From NCBI GenBank assembly GCA_009914755.4, contig CP068257.2, forward strand, positions 35,168,001 to 35,232,000: DNA of 64,000 nt, read 5' to 3'. The notes beneath the pieces were generated by a model. It saw only the letters and a list, made by a program, of their open reading frames with translations, was not told the origin of the DNA and searched no databases. A program made the translations under genes and the position numbers. Shown here piece by piece: positions 14,901 to 29,543 of the stretch. The stretch comes from the human T2T-CHM13v2.0 reference genome, Homo sapiens. Positions within the stretch are counted from its first letter, which is position 1, and every line of letters starts with the position of its first letter.

Positions 14901-16009
14901 CTATAATACTACGCGATATTCTCTCCCATCTTCAGAATGTTTGCTTCACTTCAAGTAAAAGACAGTAACTAAAAATTCTCTTTCCATCATCTGTTACCTT
15001 AAAACAGCCTAACTCACAAAACTTCACAACGCAAGCCCAGGTATTATGGAACCCACCAAGAATAGCAAGTTCAGTGTTGGCTGCCATTTCTAAGTGGACA
15101 GTGTTAATTCCCTCCACTTAGTTGAGGGGCGGAGAGAGGTGTTGAAGGAAAGAGATGAGATGACAAGTCTGAAGTGGCTTCATCACAAAGCATCCATGGC
15201 TGTGATATGTAGCTGTGTCATCCATGGCAACATTCGCCTGAATGGAGATTGTATTATGGACATTGTTCTGGGATGCCTGAGGCTGATGACATGGGACATG
15301 CCGGAAATTTATGTATTTCCTACATAAATATGCAGCTGAACATATTTATGTAGGAAAATTAAAGACCAGACTGGTCAATCACTGGTAAGCCGTCAATGCC
15401 CCCTCAATGATTACCCTTGTCATTCGTGCCAGCCAAAACACACCCAGTTCACAATAGAGACGCAAGTAACTTTTCAACCTGCAACTGACCGCTAGAAATT
15501 GATTTTAGTAGTTGCCTCTATCCTGTGATATTTTAGAAATCAGGTTATCATGCATAATTAGCTCTCCAGCCCAAATCATCTGTGCCACATTCTATTATAA
15601 CAATGGGAGAGGTTATGACAATCAAGAAAAGGAAAAAAACACAGGCATCTGTCTCATAGTTCAATTTTAACAGGAATAAAAATAATTTGAAAGAAAGAAC
15701 AAATACATAGATCAAGGCCACATCTGCCATCTCATTGCAAGGCACATGCCCATCCTGTCTACAAAGCTTTTGGCATAGCATGTCTGGTGCACAGTAAGTA
15801 CTTAATCAGTGGCAGTTCATCTTTTTATTATTATTAATGTTTCTAGCATGAATGGATCTCAGAGAGTCTATTAACTTTCCTTCCTAGTCAAGGGATGCAC
15901 AAAAATTTAGCAAAACTTCAGATATTAATTTGCTTCACTGTGAGTAGTTATGTTCTATTTATAAAAATTGCAAACAGATTGATTTCCTTTCTTTTTTTTT
16001 TTTAAATTT

Positions 16010-16142
16010 TTTAATTTCTTTTATAGAGACAGTTATCTAACTATGTTGCCCAAGCTGGTCTCAAACTCCTGGTCTCAAGCAATCCTCATGCCTTGGCCTC
16101 CCAAAGTATTGGGACTACAGGTGTGAGCCACTGCATTCAGCA
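16010..16142 (-). mobile_element. Free Alu left monomer (FLAM-like) or truncated Alu
   Basis: ttttatagagacagttatctaactatgttgcccaagctggtctcaaactcctggtctcaagcaatcctcatgccttggcctcccaaagtattgggactacaggtgtgagccactgcattcagc is only the left-monomer half of an Alu in reverse complement, preceded by an A/T-rich tail. Confidence 0.7.
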
Positions 16143-16739
16143 TTGATCTTATTTTCATTTGCAATTTTAGCAGCAATATGATATATATAATATTCTTTAA
16201 TAACAATATTCATAATGTATATGACATAAGGTATACAAGAATACAACTATTTTATACACTAACAGTAGCAAATAATATTCTCTTTCAAAATTGTGATTCA
16301 TCGAGGCAGGCTAACATTAGCTGAAACAAGTCCAACTGCAGTGGCCCAAGTCCAGGGCTAGTCAGGCAGCTCTCCTCCAAGCAGTGACTGAGGGCCACAG
16401 GCCTCTTGCAACTTGGGATGCCGCCATTTTCCCACAAGGCCTCCAAGATTGCGGCATAAGGGGAAAGGGACAGTGGGAGAATCTCATGGGCCAGGCCTGG
16501 AAGAAGCGTACTTCATGTCCATCTGTCTGTTGGTTGTCCAGGCAACGCCAGCCCAACTGAAAGGGGACTATGCGCCCAGGAGAAAAATGAAATAGGGTTG
16601 GGAATCACTGTTTTCTGTGTCATAAACATTCTCTCCGTGGACAATTAACATCTGCCTTGTACTTTACAGATGTTTACACGGCACTTTTCACTATGTCTTA
16701 TTTATTCATTCAGAAAATTTAGTCAATAAAAAAAGTTGA

Positions 16740-16880
16740 AAAGTTGCTATTGTTATTGCCATTTTCCAGGTGAAGAAACTGCGGCTTGGAGAAGTAATTT
16801 AGCATCCAAGCAGATGAGTGGCACAGCCAAGGCTTCATTCCCTGACCTCCGCATCCAAATCTCAAGCCCTTTCCACTTTT
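16740..16880 (-). mobile_element. MIR SINE fragment
   Basis: ccattttccaggtgaagaaactgcggcttggagaagtaatttagcatccaagcagatgagtggcacagccaaggcttcattccctgacc compares with the MIR reverse complement ccattttacagatgaggaaactgaggcacagagaggttaagtaacttgcccaaggtcacacagc. Confidence 0.5.
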
Positions 16881-17934
16881 CTTTGCGTCGTACTGAACTT
16901 CAAGAAGAACAGAGATCCTGTGATAAAACAGATTTATGACAGAAGTAGGGTTACCTTTTCACTCCCAATGGGATCCAGTGTTGTGTAGTTCCATAAAAAA
17001 GGCACGATCCCCACACAATTCAACGGAACAGCCTGAGAGCAGGCTTTCACCAGTCCATAGTCATATATGAGCCAGTACAGGGAGTGTTTCAAAACTGAAA
17101 TAGAAGTTAATATCCTGATAATCTCAAAATAAGACTTCTAATTCTTATTTTAGAGGTCAAAGAGATGGGTGTAGATATGGGTGAACATGATTAAATCAAA
17201 ATTATGGATGTGAAGAAAAACTCTGGGCGATCAGGGTCCAGTTCCTAACCCTGTCCCCTTAACTAGACATGAAACCCATGTGGAATACTCATTGTCATGG
17301 TGACAACCGGGTGGATGGAGTTTGAAGACAGGTCAGAACACACTACTAGGTCCACAAAGCCCAAGGCGTCACTGAGCTGGGTGTGAAGTGGCTGTCTGGC
17401 ACATCTTCTTCCATTGACAAGCCGGCCTTTGTGATGAGAAGGAGGCTCATGGCACAGTCTCAGCTGAGTCCACTCCTGCAGGCAGGCAGCAGGGAGGACA
17501 AAACGTCCCCAGCTTCCTTCTCCATGGTCTCTGCCTAGAGAGCATCAGTATTTCGATGTTCAGCATGGAATAGACTTCCATAACATTGAAAGCAGTGATC
17601 TTCTCTTTTCAAAACAAGGTGTTGTATGCAGTATTAAATCTGGATTCCAGAAACGCTCGCACAGGGCGACCTTGTGTGCAGAAGTTTATTGCCAAGGTTC
17701 CAGTTTATGCCCACGAGGCGCACAGCGAGGCTTCTGGAGGCAGCAGCTTGCTTTTGGCATTCCCTTACAGAGCTCAGAGCCCCGACAGGTTTTGGCTGTA
17801 AGAAGTATCCCGCAACTGATTTATTCCTCAATTTCAATTATTTTTTTCTCTACATGAATCATTTCCATGTTTCCAAAGCAGAAGTAGAAAGAAAGAAAAA
17901 AAAACTCATAAGGTGAAAAAAACTTCCAAAGTGT

Positions 17935-17966
17935 TTTGTTTTGTTTTGTTTGTTTTTTTATTGAAA
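17935..17966. repeat. (GTTTT)n/(TTTG)n simple repeat
   Basis: gttttgttttgttttgtttgttttttta. Confidence 0.7.
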
Positions 17967-20944
17967 AAAAAAAAAGCCTGCAATACAGGAATGGATTTGC
18001 TATCAAACATCCATTTCAGGAAACCACCAGGTAGAATCGGGCAATTTGATGGGCAATTGGGTCTCAATTTCCCCATCAGGAACAACGTCTGTGCACACAC
18101 ACATACACACATTCACTCCCAAGCCATCCACCTCACCAGACCATGAGCTTTTAGGGAGACCGAATTCCAGCCAGGAAGGCAGTTTCCTTTTCACTGTACC
18201 AACATAATGCTTCATTACACCAAGACACAGCACTCTCCGATCTGCCAGGTCAATAAAGAATGAAGCTTAAAATTCACAGTCACCTTTACAATGCTAAGCA
18301 TTTCAACCTTAAATGAATGTGCAGTCCACCAATCCGCTTCCCCGGCCTGCATCCAGCTCTTCCCGTAGCTGAGGCTCAAATGATCTTCCACGGGGTCCAT
18401 TAGTTCCTCTTGGCTGGTCCCTGGGTTCAATGCAACGCTCCCAGCAGGTACGGTAACTGCCACTCATCTGAAACTCCCAAGTTACACTCTGCCTCACTGA
18501 CAAGGGCATGGGGCGCTGCCTCCTATTCTGTTTTGTGGGTTCTTTGATCACCAGAAGGAATTTCGAGCCACTGTGCTAAGTAACTCGAGTTACTCATAGG
18601 CTGGGATCCCAGAAGCCGCTGGGTTCCTCCATATACCATCAGAAGCTGAGCTTCTCCAGAGGACACTGAAGAGGCTGCTCAAGAACCCTACAGCAGGTTG
18701 TCCCAGAATTACCCACCATGACCTAGGTAGCTGACTAAATGCCACAGCCCACCTGAAGTTTCCCCAGGCAAACACCTGGAGTGTCTCATGACTAAGCAAG
18801 ATGTCCTATGGAGCTAAAAATAACCCTCCTATCCCTTCCTCCTCCTGCCATCCCCATCTCTCTGACCCTCTGTGGTCCTCAAAGGGCATTTAAGATTTGA
18901 GTTTCCTGGCCAGAACGTGGGCAAGTGCTTGTATTTATTTGCTATTTACTAACTGCTGCCATAGTAGATGGCGTTTCTAAAACGGTATAAAACATCTACC
19001 AACAACATCAGGTTTTTGGTATTCTATATGTGACTGTTAAAATAAAAATGGACCTTGGCTACCTATAATGAATGAGCCAAGTAAAAGCACTCCAATCCTG
19101 GCGTCCAATTCTATCAGCTGATATTTGACACAGGGTTTGACAGTTGACAAACTGTCTCTCCATGGTTCCCTCTTAACAGCTCCATGAGGTGGCAGGGCCA
19201 GTACAATCATCCTTGTTTTGTATCTGAGCAAAGGACATTGTGGAGAGATTAAGCAAGGCTACAAAATCGGTGAAGGATTCCGACTTTCCACTACAGCAAG
19301 AGGTCTCAGTGCATGGCTAGCCCTAGGCGATGCCAGAAACATGACGACATAAGTAATACTTTTTTTAATAGCAAAGAAAGCAAGCCAGTAAGATGTCCAG
19401 CTTGGGAAATATGAAGTTGGCAAGGACAAAAGATGCCTCCAAATTTTAAAGAAAAAAAAATTTCTCTCTCGGTTAACCCTCACTACTCCATCAAGAGTAA
19501 CAGCAGAGTCCAGGTATCCCCTGGAAGTGGGTCAGGTTCGGGTCTGCACTGTCTTCCTTGCTTCCAGGTACCTTCCTCCTCCCAGGCCGCACGGAGTCCC
19601 GGGCCCGGCTCCGGGCGCTGTGTTTACAGGCAGGGCGGCAGGAAGGACATGACCTCCCCAGCTCTGCGGCAGGTTAAGCAGCCTGATTGAACGTGGCTGC
19701 TAATTAAGGGCCCCTCTTGTCTGGCAGGGCCACCAGGGTACCTTCTGCACTTGTTCATGACCACTGCACCTCGCTCAGAAATTAACTCTTGATGAGTGCA
19801 GACAGGGGCCCAGCTGGTCCTCCCGAGTCCTCCCAAGTAGATAAATGAAGTGTAATAAGAATGCCGCTGACTGCCAAGGGAAGAGGGGCTCTCCGTGACC
19901 TCTTGGTAAAATCCAGAGTATACTTTTACTATGACTTAATTCTCTGCACTGGGGACACCTAACGTAGCCAGGAATGGTGTGAACAGACCACTAGCCACAG
20001 GGACAGCATAGAGGCGTCCATCACTAGACGTCCACTTCATGAAGTAGGAGTTAAAAGAATAAAGAGGTAATTTATGAGAAACTAATTTTCAATTGACAAA
20101 TATTTTCAGGAGGTGTGATGACCTACTTTTCTCCATAACTCTTCATGGGCCCAGGGACAATGGTGGCTCCTATTACAGTTTGCAAATGGTACAATCATTC
20201 CGCTCAGGTTTAAAATATTAAATGCTCATCTTCTATCACTTACAGAGGGATTCTTTCCCTGAAGCTCTATTTAAGGAGAGGGAAATTGCGGCCGTCATTG
20301 TCCAGGCCTCCCACATACAGAAACTTGGTAGACAGACATGTTCTGGGTCACATGGCTAAGCTGTACTGACATGCTGCTCGAGTCCAGAGGTATCGCCATT
20401 GAGTTCAGCACAGTCAGGACCAGAGCCTTTTCCACCATTCATCTCAGGAAGCCAACACACACAGCTGGTAAGGGGGAGGGCTTGGAGCTAGGAGACTGGG
20501 AACTGTGTGTGGTCAGAAGCCACCTCACTGCCCTGGCCCACAGTGTGGTTCCCTGTGTGACATCATCTTTGAGATATGACAGAGACAAAAAGCAGGCTGA
20601 GAGTCCCTGCTCTGGACTCTAGATCACAATGAAGCCACATCTTTCTACAACTTTTGAAAGAAGCAGGTGAGGTTTCCGAAAAAAAAACCAAGTGAAATGA
20701 AAGGTGACGGTCAGTGTGCTATCTTTTGACCGCACAGCAAAAAAGTGGTTGCCGGGCTAGAAGCAAGATGGAAAGATGAAGAAATGGGCAGAAAAGGCAT
20801 TTGGTGCCTTGATGAAAAATTTCAAAAATAAAAGGGTCCCATGGTGAAACTAGAGCAATTCCCAGAAGACTAAATGTGGGAGGAATGGGACGAGGTAGGG
20901 GAAGTCAGCAGAGACTCTAAGTTGTTTAAGAGAGCGTATTACTT

Positions 20945-21250
20945 ATCTATTGCTGTGTAACAAATGAACGCAAAACTAAGCAGCCCGAGACAACTTAAGA
21001 AACCCACGATTTCCGTGTGCCTGGAGTCTGGGTTGGCTCAGCAGGATGCCTTTAGCTCAGGGTCTCTCACAAGGCTGCACTCAAGGTGTCAGCGGGCACT
21101 GTGGTCATCTCAAGGCTTGCCTGGGGGGGTGGCTCCGCCTCCACTTTGTCCCTTCCCAACCTCATCTGTAGTCTGCCACAGGCCTCGGTGCCCCAGTAGC
21201 TGCTAATCTTTTGCCATGGGGCTACTCATAGCACGTCAGCTTGCTTCCCT
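20945..21250 (+). repeat. Ancient interspersed repeat, unclassified (ctattgctgtgtaacaaat... family)
   Basis: tattgctgtgtaacaaatgaacgcaaaactaagcagccc ... tcagggtctctcacaaggctgcactcaaggtgtcagcgggcactgtggtcatctcaaggcttgcctggggg strongly resembles a mammalian-wide repeat consensus I recall (ctattgctgcgtaacaaattaccccaaaacttagtggcttaaaacaac ... tcagggtctcacaaggctgcaatcaaggtgtcggccggggctgcagtcatctgaaggcttgactgggg). I cannot name the family confidently. Confidence 0.35.
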
Positions 21251-23116
21251 CAGAGCTGGGGGTAGGGAGAAGAGGAAAAGCAAGCAAGACAGAAGTCACC
21301 CAGAAGTGCAAAAAAGGAGTTGCCATCCCATTACTTTTGCCATATTTGATTTGTTAGAAGTGATCCAGTAGGTCCGACCCACCTGCAAGGGGAGAGGCTT
21401 ACGCAAGAGCATGAAAACCTGAGGACAGAGACCACCAGGACCAACAAAGGCTGTGGACCACAGAGACACTCTTTATTCATGGAATAAACCTGGAGCCTGA
21501 TTCTCCCAAGGCGAGCCTCCTGAAATGATAGAAGCTACGGAGGGAGGCCACATGCTAGGCCACATGTCAGCATTATTACTGTTCATCATTCATTCAGGGC
21601 CCACAAAAGCGAGAGCATCTCCATACGGGTGTGGATTTTAAAATCAGGAAAGCAGGCCAGATAGAATTCATGCTTAGGCACAGCTGCTCAGAACTGACCA
21701 CCCTAAGGGGCCCACTGTTAATAACTCATCCTTTCTGATGATCCGCCCACTGCCTGGTGTGGCTGCTGCCACTGTTCAGCTCTGTCCCCTGCCCTGAGAA
21801 ACATGTGCTGCCAGAGGTTCGTCCTCACAATAATAACCGCTAACACTGAGTGACAGCATGTGATGGTCAAGTACAGAGTCTGGCACTTTATGTTCATCAC
21901 CGCGTTTCATCCTCACCACGACCCTGTTCTGTGGATCCGGCTGGACGCATCCAGAGGTGGGAGTCCCTGTGGTCTGGGCACTGATCAGTGCCTGAATGTT
22001 CTCAGGGACACTCCCCTTCATTAAAGCAGACAGTTAGACATTAACAGGTCTCATGACTCAATATATAACTGAATTGTTATATTATGGGCACATTGCACAA
22101 CTGTTCACTTAGAAAATCTAAAAGAATCAGCTAAAAACTATTAGAAAAACTTAGTGAAGTGTATAAAATGAAACACTACCGTGCCACTTTAGGACTCTGG
22201 CAATAGCTAAAAAGTAAGTTTTGTGATAACTCATGTTCATTGTAGAAAATCTAGAAAATAAAAAAAAAAAAAGTAAGACTAAGGCATTAAGTCACTCATG
22301 ACTTTACCAAAAGACATTTTGGTATATTTTCTTTGATGCATTTTTCTATGTTACATGGGTGACTATATCATTGTATTTTAAAAAATTGTTGTCATACTAC
22401 ACTAGCTGAGCATCTTGCTTTTTTCACTTAATGTAACATTGGGAGCATTTTCCCATGCTCATGTTCTTCAAAAACCCAAGGTTAAATGGTTACTGAATAG
22501 CTCATCATATTATTACAACCTAATTTTAAAAAACTATTTCCTTTTACTCATTTAGTCAAAAAAATCAAATTTTTTTCCTCTGTTCCCCATTTCCTGTCTT
22601 TAAAAAATTATTTGAATATCCATTTCAGTTCTTCTATTGGCTTAACACATATTTATTTACATTTTTAAGTTGGCTGCAAGTTAGAAATATAAGTTTTCAC
22701 AGTCTGCCTACAGTCAGTACTGTACAACCTCTATAATAAAGAACTCTTCTCACCATCGAGGTCCGTATCTACCCCTGGTCTTTACCTTACAGCTGTTACA
22801 TGTATCTCATCTATAGATGTTATAAGCCTCGCAAGACAGTGTTATAATTTTTGCTTAAAATTCTTATATGATTAACAATGAAATTAAGAAGAAAAAAGCA
22901 GAAAGAAAACTAGTATTTTGTGTTGATCCAAATATTTACCAGTCCAGTAGTCTTTACTCTTTTCCAAGGACCTGAGTTCCCAACTGGTATTATTTCCCTT
23001 TAACTGGAAGAAGTTCCTGCAGCATTTCTTACAGTGCAGGTCTGCTGGTGATAAATTCTTTTTTCTTTTATCGAAAAATGCCTTTATTTCCCTTCAATCT
23101 TAGAAGGATATTTCTA

Positions 23117-23441
<325 letters not shown>

Positions 23442-23945
23442 TTAGAATTTTCTGATTCTCTTTCAGTACCTTGAAGATGTTATTCCATGCCGTTCTGGTC
23501 TGCAAGGTTTCCAGTGAGAAGTCAGCCATTAACTGGATTATTACTGTATGGCTTTTCTCTTGTTGCTTTCAAGATTTGCTCTTCAACTTTGGTTTTCAAA
23601 AGTTTGCAAGAACCAGCGTGGGATTTTTAAATATTTATTCTTATTGGTGTTTCTTGAGCATATGATCTTATATCTGTAAATTTCTACTTGTCACTGAATT
23701 CTGAAATTTTTTAGCTATTATTTCTTCTACTATTTTTTTCTGCTCCATTTTCTCTTTTTCCTCTGTCATTTTCCCCCTCTCTGCCTTCAGCTGTTAAGTC
23801 CACTCAGTAAATTTTTATTTGAGATAACTATTTTCAGTTCTAGAATTTCCATTTGGTTCTTCTTTTTATCATTCTATTTCTCTGCTGAGCTATCTTATCT
23901 TTTCATTCATAGTGAGCATATATCATGTTATTTCATTTAGGATAG

Positions 23946-24250
23946 TTTTGTTTTGCTTTGCTTTGAGACAAGGTCTTACTCTGTCACCCAGGCTGGAGTG
24001 CAGTGGTGTGATCATGGCTCACTGCAGCCATGACCTCCTGGGCCCAAGCAATCCTCCCACCTGAGCCTCCCCAGTAGCTGGGACTACAAGGGCACACTAC
24101 CATGCCCAGCTAATTTTTGTATTTTTTGTAGACATGGGGTTTCCCTGTGTTGCCCAGACTGGTCTCAGACTCTGAGGTGGGCTCAAGCAATATGCCCACC
24201 CCAGCTTCCCAAAGTGTCGGGATTACAGGCGTGAGCCGTGGCACCCAGCC
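23946..24250 (-). mobile_element. Alu SINE (second insertion in the old L1)
   Basis: ttttgttttgctttgctttgagacaaggtcttactctgtcacccaggctggagtgcagtggtgtgatcatggctcactgcagcc ... ggcgtgagccgtggcacccagcc. Confidence 0.95.
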
Positions 24251-26987
24251 ATTTAGTATAGTTATAACAGCCACTGGAAAACCTTGTGTGACTCTCCATA
24301 TCTGCTTCCCCTTGGGGTTGAACTTCATTTGATTTCTCTTTTTCTTGATTTGAGACAGTATTCTATTTCCTTGGTTCTTCAAATGTTGGTTATTTTAGCT
24401 TTGTATCCCAGATGTGAGGAAGGTTAAACTGTAGAGGTTTGGGATTTTGCGATTTTTCTTGGATGACTGTTAGTTCTTTTGGTTGGCAATTAGCTGAACC
24501 TGAACTGCAAACTCTGACCCTTTCGGCAGCAAGCACAGATTTTTTTGTCATTATTGTGATCTGAGTCTATTCTATGCATGTATGGTTCAGCGATCAAAGA
24601 TGTATATAAACAGAATTTGGGGATCCCCTCTCCAGCCCTTTTCTTCTAGGAGTCCCTCTCACTGCACCACCTGCCCTTGGCCCTGAGCTTACTTGGTGCA
24701 GCTCAAGAGTGCAGCTCAAGACCCACCTTGTCCCAACGAGGTTCTCCCACCATAAACTGGCCTGCTTCTGCTCACTCTCAATGGCTTCAGGCAGCTGCTT
24801 TCTGAATTATACCCAGTTTTCATAGTTATTTTCTGTATGTGGGGGTGGGAGGGATGGAGGTGGGAGGATCTGTCTGGTAAGATCTTGATCTGCCATTCTC
24901 AGAAGAAGAAGTTCCCAGACCTTTGTATCTAAATACCATTCCCCACTAAAAGGAACCAGAGTTCCTTCTAAAAATGTAGAAAGTAAAATATAAAAACAGC
25001 TCATTCCAGAGCTGGGTACAAGGTTACGCCTGGAATGCCTTATTATGCCAGAGAGTGAGGAAGTGATCAAAGATCCAAGAGGCCCTGTCAAAAGGAGATG
25101 GGAGCCTACTTTTCAAACCAAATCTGGGATAATTTGAGCAAAGAGAATAAGGATCATAATTAATAATAAAATTCTGAAGAAAAGAGAGACTTAATAGTCC
25201 ACAGTGCTGATTGAGAGGAAAAGGAAGAGAAGCATATTACTCATTTAATTGGCAGATAAAACTGAATGTATTTGTCATGTACAACACGATGTTTTGAAGT
25301 ACCTACACATTATGAAATTACTAAATCTAGCTAATTAACATATGTATTACCTCACACTGTTACCATTTGTTACATTTTTAACTGATGACGTATCTCTCAT
25401 TTATTGGACTGATAACGTATCTATTCCTCATTCACTGGATTCTACCCAGAAACAGCACACTTTCACCCTTTCATGGTACAGCTGCCATGCTCTTCACAAT
25501 GTTATTATTCTAGACTATTACAGTACAAGCTAGCAGTGACCTATTTATCTTTTAGGATCATGAACAATATATATCACTTCATTTCTAGAAACTGATCTTC
25601 AAAAACTATAACCTACTGCAGGACAGGTGAGGCCAGGGAGGCGGACACCTCTGCCTCCAGGAGGCTACTCTGTGCCTCAAGAACCAAAGAACGAGGGGAG
25701 TTCGACCACTGCCTGTACAGAGCCCGAATGCCCTCCCTGCTGCTGTTCTAATGCATGTCCCATCTGCAATGTTAGAAAACAAGCTTCAGCTTGATACAGT
25801 GGAACTTGGCAGATGGCACAGTTTGCTTGTTACAGAACTAAGTATGAAAATAAATTCATTTAGTAGTGCTCCTTGGAGAAATGTGGTTCAGAAGTCAAAT
25901 AATTTTAAAAGACCTCTTTCCCATGTAAGACACCCATGAAACAATGCTCTGGTCATAATTAGTCTCTAACCTTTCAAAATGCCTGCTTCAGTGACCTCAC
26001 CTGCTATTGAACACGATGCCTGCAGATGGTGTGAGGTGGCCAAAGGGTGGAGGACTGGCAGCGGGGGCTGCAGCGGCTGCTGTGACCAGCCACTCACTTG
26101 CTGAAGGATCAGGGAGAGACACTGTGTCTCTCTGGGTCTCGGCTTCTTAACCTGTGAAACCCAGGGGTTGGGGAAAAGCTCGCCAAGCCCCCCTCCTGCT
26201 TTGGCATCCTGTGAGTCTTTATTGTCCTGGGCTAGCTGGGACCCCTAGGACACTGGGTGGCTCCTTCCACCCCACATGATCATTCTGCTCAACAAGAACT
26301 TGCAGGAGCCACAGACCTGCCTCACAAACATGAGGAAGCGCATCCTTCTACAAAGCGAGAGGCTTGAGGTGTGTGTATAGCCAGGTCAAGGTGAAAGCTA
26401 CTGAGGTTTTGCGGAATCAACTCTGTATCAAATCTTCTCTCTCTATCCTTCTCAGAGTCTGATCAAACTGGGAGGTAACAGATTCTCAACAAATCTCAAG
26501 GAGAGGGAGGAAAATATCTACCTACTATGGAATTATCTGTAATTTTTCTAACACACAGAGTATGTTAGCTAAAGCTTTAATGCCCCCTATCCTTTCTGTC
26601 ACTTACGGTACGCTTTATCCTTTGATTTTTGATCAACTGTTAGTCGCAGAATGAATATGCCTAAATTATCACTGAAATCTAGCAAATTATGTCTTAGAAT
26701 GTTAGTTTTAAAAATAAGTTTGAAAATCATTTTTATGAGTCTTTGTAAGCTCAAAAATATAGCTCTCATTATTTTGACTTAGTTTGTTTAAATTGCTAAG
26801 AAAATTATTTCCTCAAAAAACAGACACTGTACTCTTCACCAAATTTAGTATGTTGAAAACTGAAAATAAGAAATTACATATGAAAGAGCAAGCCAGAGAC
26901 AACATACCAATATACAGAAAAAATAGAGGAAAAAAATACTAAATTTTTCACCTCTGACTTTTCCTCCTTTTAAAAAGAAAAAAATCA

Positions 26988-27290
26988 GGGCTGGCGCGGT
27001 GGCTCCCACCTGTAATCCCAGCACTTTGGGAGGCCGAGGTGCGAGGATGGCTTGAGTCCAGGATTTCAAGACCAACCTGGGCAACAAAGTGAGACCCTGC
27101 CTCTATTAAAAATAAAAAAATTAGCCGGGCATGGTGCTACATGCCTATGGTCCCAGCTACTTGGGAAGCTGAGGTGGAAGGATTGCCTGAGCCTAGGAGT
27201 TCAAGGTTGCAGTGAGCTGTGATCATGCCACTACACTTCATCCTGAGCAACAGAGCGAGATTCTGTCTCAAAAAGAGAAGAAAAGAAAAG
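26988..27290 (+). mobile_element. Alu SINE with A/G-rich tail
   Basis: gggctggcgcggtggctcccacctgtaatcccagcactttgggaggccgaggtgcgagg ... tcctgagcaacagagcgagattctgtctcaaaaagagaagaaaagaaaag. Confidence 0.95.
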
Positions 27291-29030
27291 ATCTACCAGA
27301 AGCCTTGGGTCCCTGTTTTCTGGCAATATGCTATGCATATTTGCAAATATGTAAACTGCATGGATAATTTTGCTGTAACGAGGAATGTCACTTTACCAGA
27401 CTACAACTTTAATCAGCATTCCTCTGAACAAACTTGCTCATGATACTAAGCAACGCAAACATGCAGCCAAACAACTGGTGTTTTAATATTCTAGCTTCTA
27501 TTTCTTCCACGTCATAATTTCCTGTAATAATCTCACTCATGCCTGAACTCCACAGACATTCTTATTTATGTTTTTCAGGTCAGTATGCCAATAGCAAGAA
27601 GACTTGTTCTTGAAAGGTTGAGTTTTTCAAATGAGTCCTGAAAGAATTCTACCACACTGCCTATTTCCCAAGCAGGGATCATGGGAGAAAGGAAATTTTG
27701 AAGAAAATGGTTCTAATGCCATTTTGTTAAAAGTACTGAGAGATTTACAATGATCAAGTAATATGCCAGTTCTTTCAAAGGATGCCAACATCTGATGCCA
27801 ACATAATTACAAGTTGGAAAAATGTGTAATGAATCAGGCGGCTCATAATTTCCCTTAGAATATGTATGCACAACTTATTAAATGACATAAAAAGCAAAGA
27901 GTCACGGCAAATGTTGAAACCTTAAATCTGAGTTTCATTGCTTTGGGGCATTTTCGTCAAACTCCATCATCTGGAAGTACCTAACAATAAGAAATATTAG
28001 GTCACAAGCTGTTTTAGAAACACCTGTAATACCTTCACCTAATGAGGCCAATAAACGAGAGCTTCGTGTTCCTCATCAAATAAGAAAACTTAATAGTCAA
28101 ATCTGACATAATAAGCCCAAACTCAAACCCTGTAGAAATGGAAACACTCACATGGAGAGCATTTTCTCCTCCAAATTTTCGATTCTGCCAGGTCCCTCCC
28201 CTAAAGCCACCTGGTGGAAAAATGTGCCCCCAGTGCTAGGTCAGTGTGGGTTTCCCAGAGTAGGGCTTAATTCATGTGGTGGTCTTTGGAGGCTCAGAAA
28301 GAATAGAATAGAGTTTTCTCTTGATGGTCACTGTCCTCACCTCCTCCTGCTCTCCCCCAAACACACTACAACCTAGGTAAGGAGAAAGACCCTACTGACA
28401 TCTTATTCAAAACCCCCAATCCCACCCCTTTCAAGGTACTTGCCAGGGAGGTAAATGGTGGACTCTGCAGGTTTCCTCCTCCAAAATCATTTGTATACTT
28501 TGTCTATGGTCACTGTCTCCCCAAAAGGGCTATACTATCATTTTCTTCCAACTAGGGCTGTCAGATTTCACAAAGAAAAATACAGAATGCCCATTTAAAT
28601 GTGAATTTCAGATAAACAACAGATAATTTCTTAGTATGTCTCAAATCATGCATGGGATATACTTACACTAAAAAGCTATCTGTTGTTTATCTGAAACTCA
28701 AAATGAACAGGGCATCCCGGATTTTATCTGGCAAATTTATGCAAAACATTCATAATATGGGGAATGAGAAATTAACACAGTTACCTCTTTCTGGTAGTCC
28801 AGGAAGTAGAGAAAAGGCAGCTCTAAGAAGGGGTAGAGGTGAGAAAAGGGAAAATGTAAAGAGAAAATAAAGCCTTCCTTATTTTGGTAGAATTCCATGT
28901 GGTCCTTTACAAACTTTAACGTGCATACAAATCACCCAGGGACATTGTTAATTTAACATGTGGGTTCTGATTGGATAGGGTCGTGGAGTCTGGAATTCTC
29001 CATTTCTAATCCCTCTCCAGGCAATGCTGA

Positions 29031-29543
<513 letters not shown>

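Noticed and set aside
19130-19240. Possible additional MIR fragment (ttttgtatctgagcaaaggacattgtggagagattaagcaaggc)
   Set aside because: The match to the MIR core is too weak and short to call without alignment software.
28150-28520. Possible MaLR/MER-type LTR fragment (…cccccagtgctaggtcagtgtgggtttcccagagtagggcttaattcatgtggtggtctttggaggc…)
   Set aside because: It is reminiscent of THE1/MST-type LTR cores (…ccccagtgtgatggtatttggagatggggcctttgggaggtaattagg…) but too diverged for me to assign by eye.
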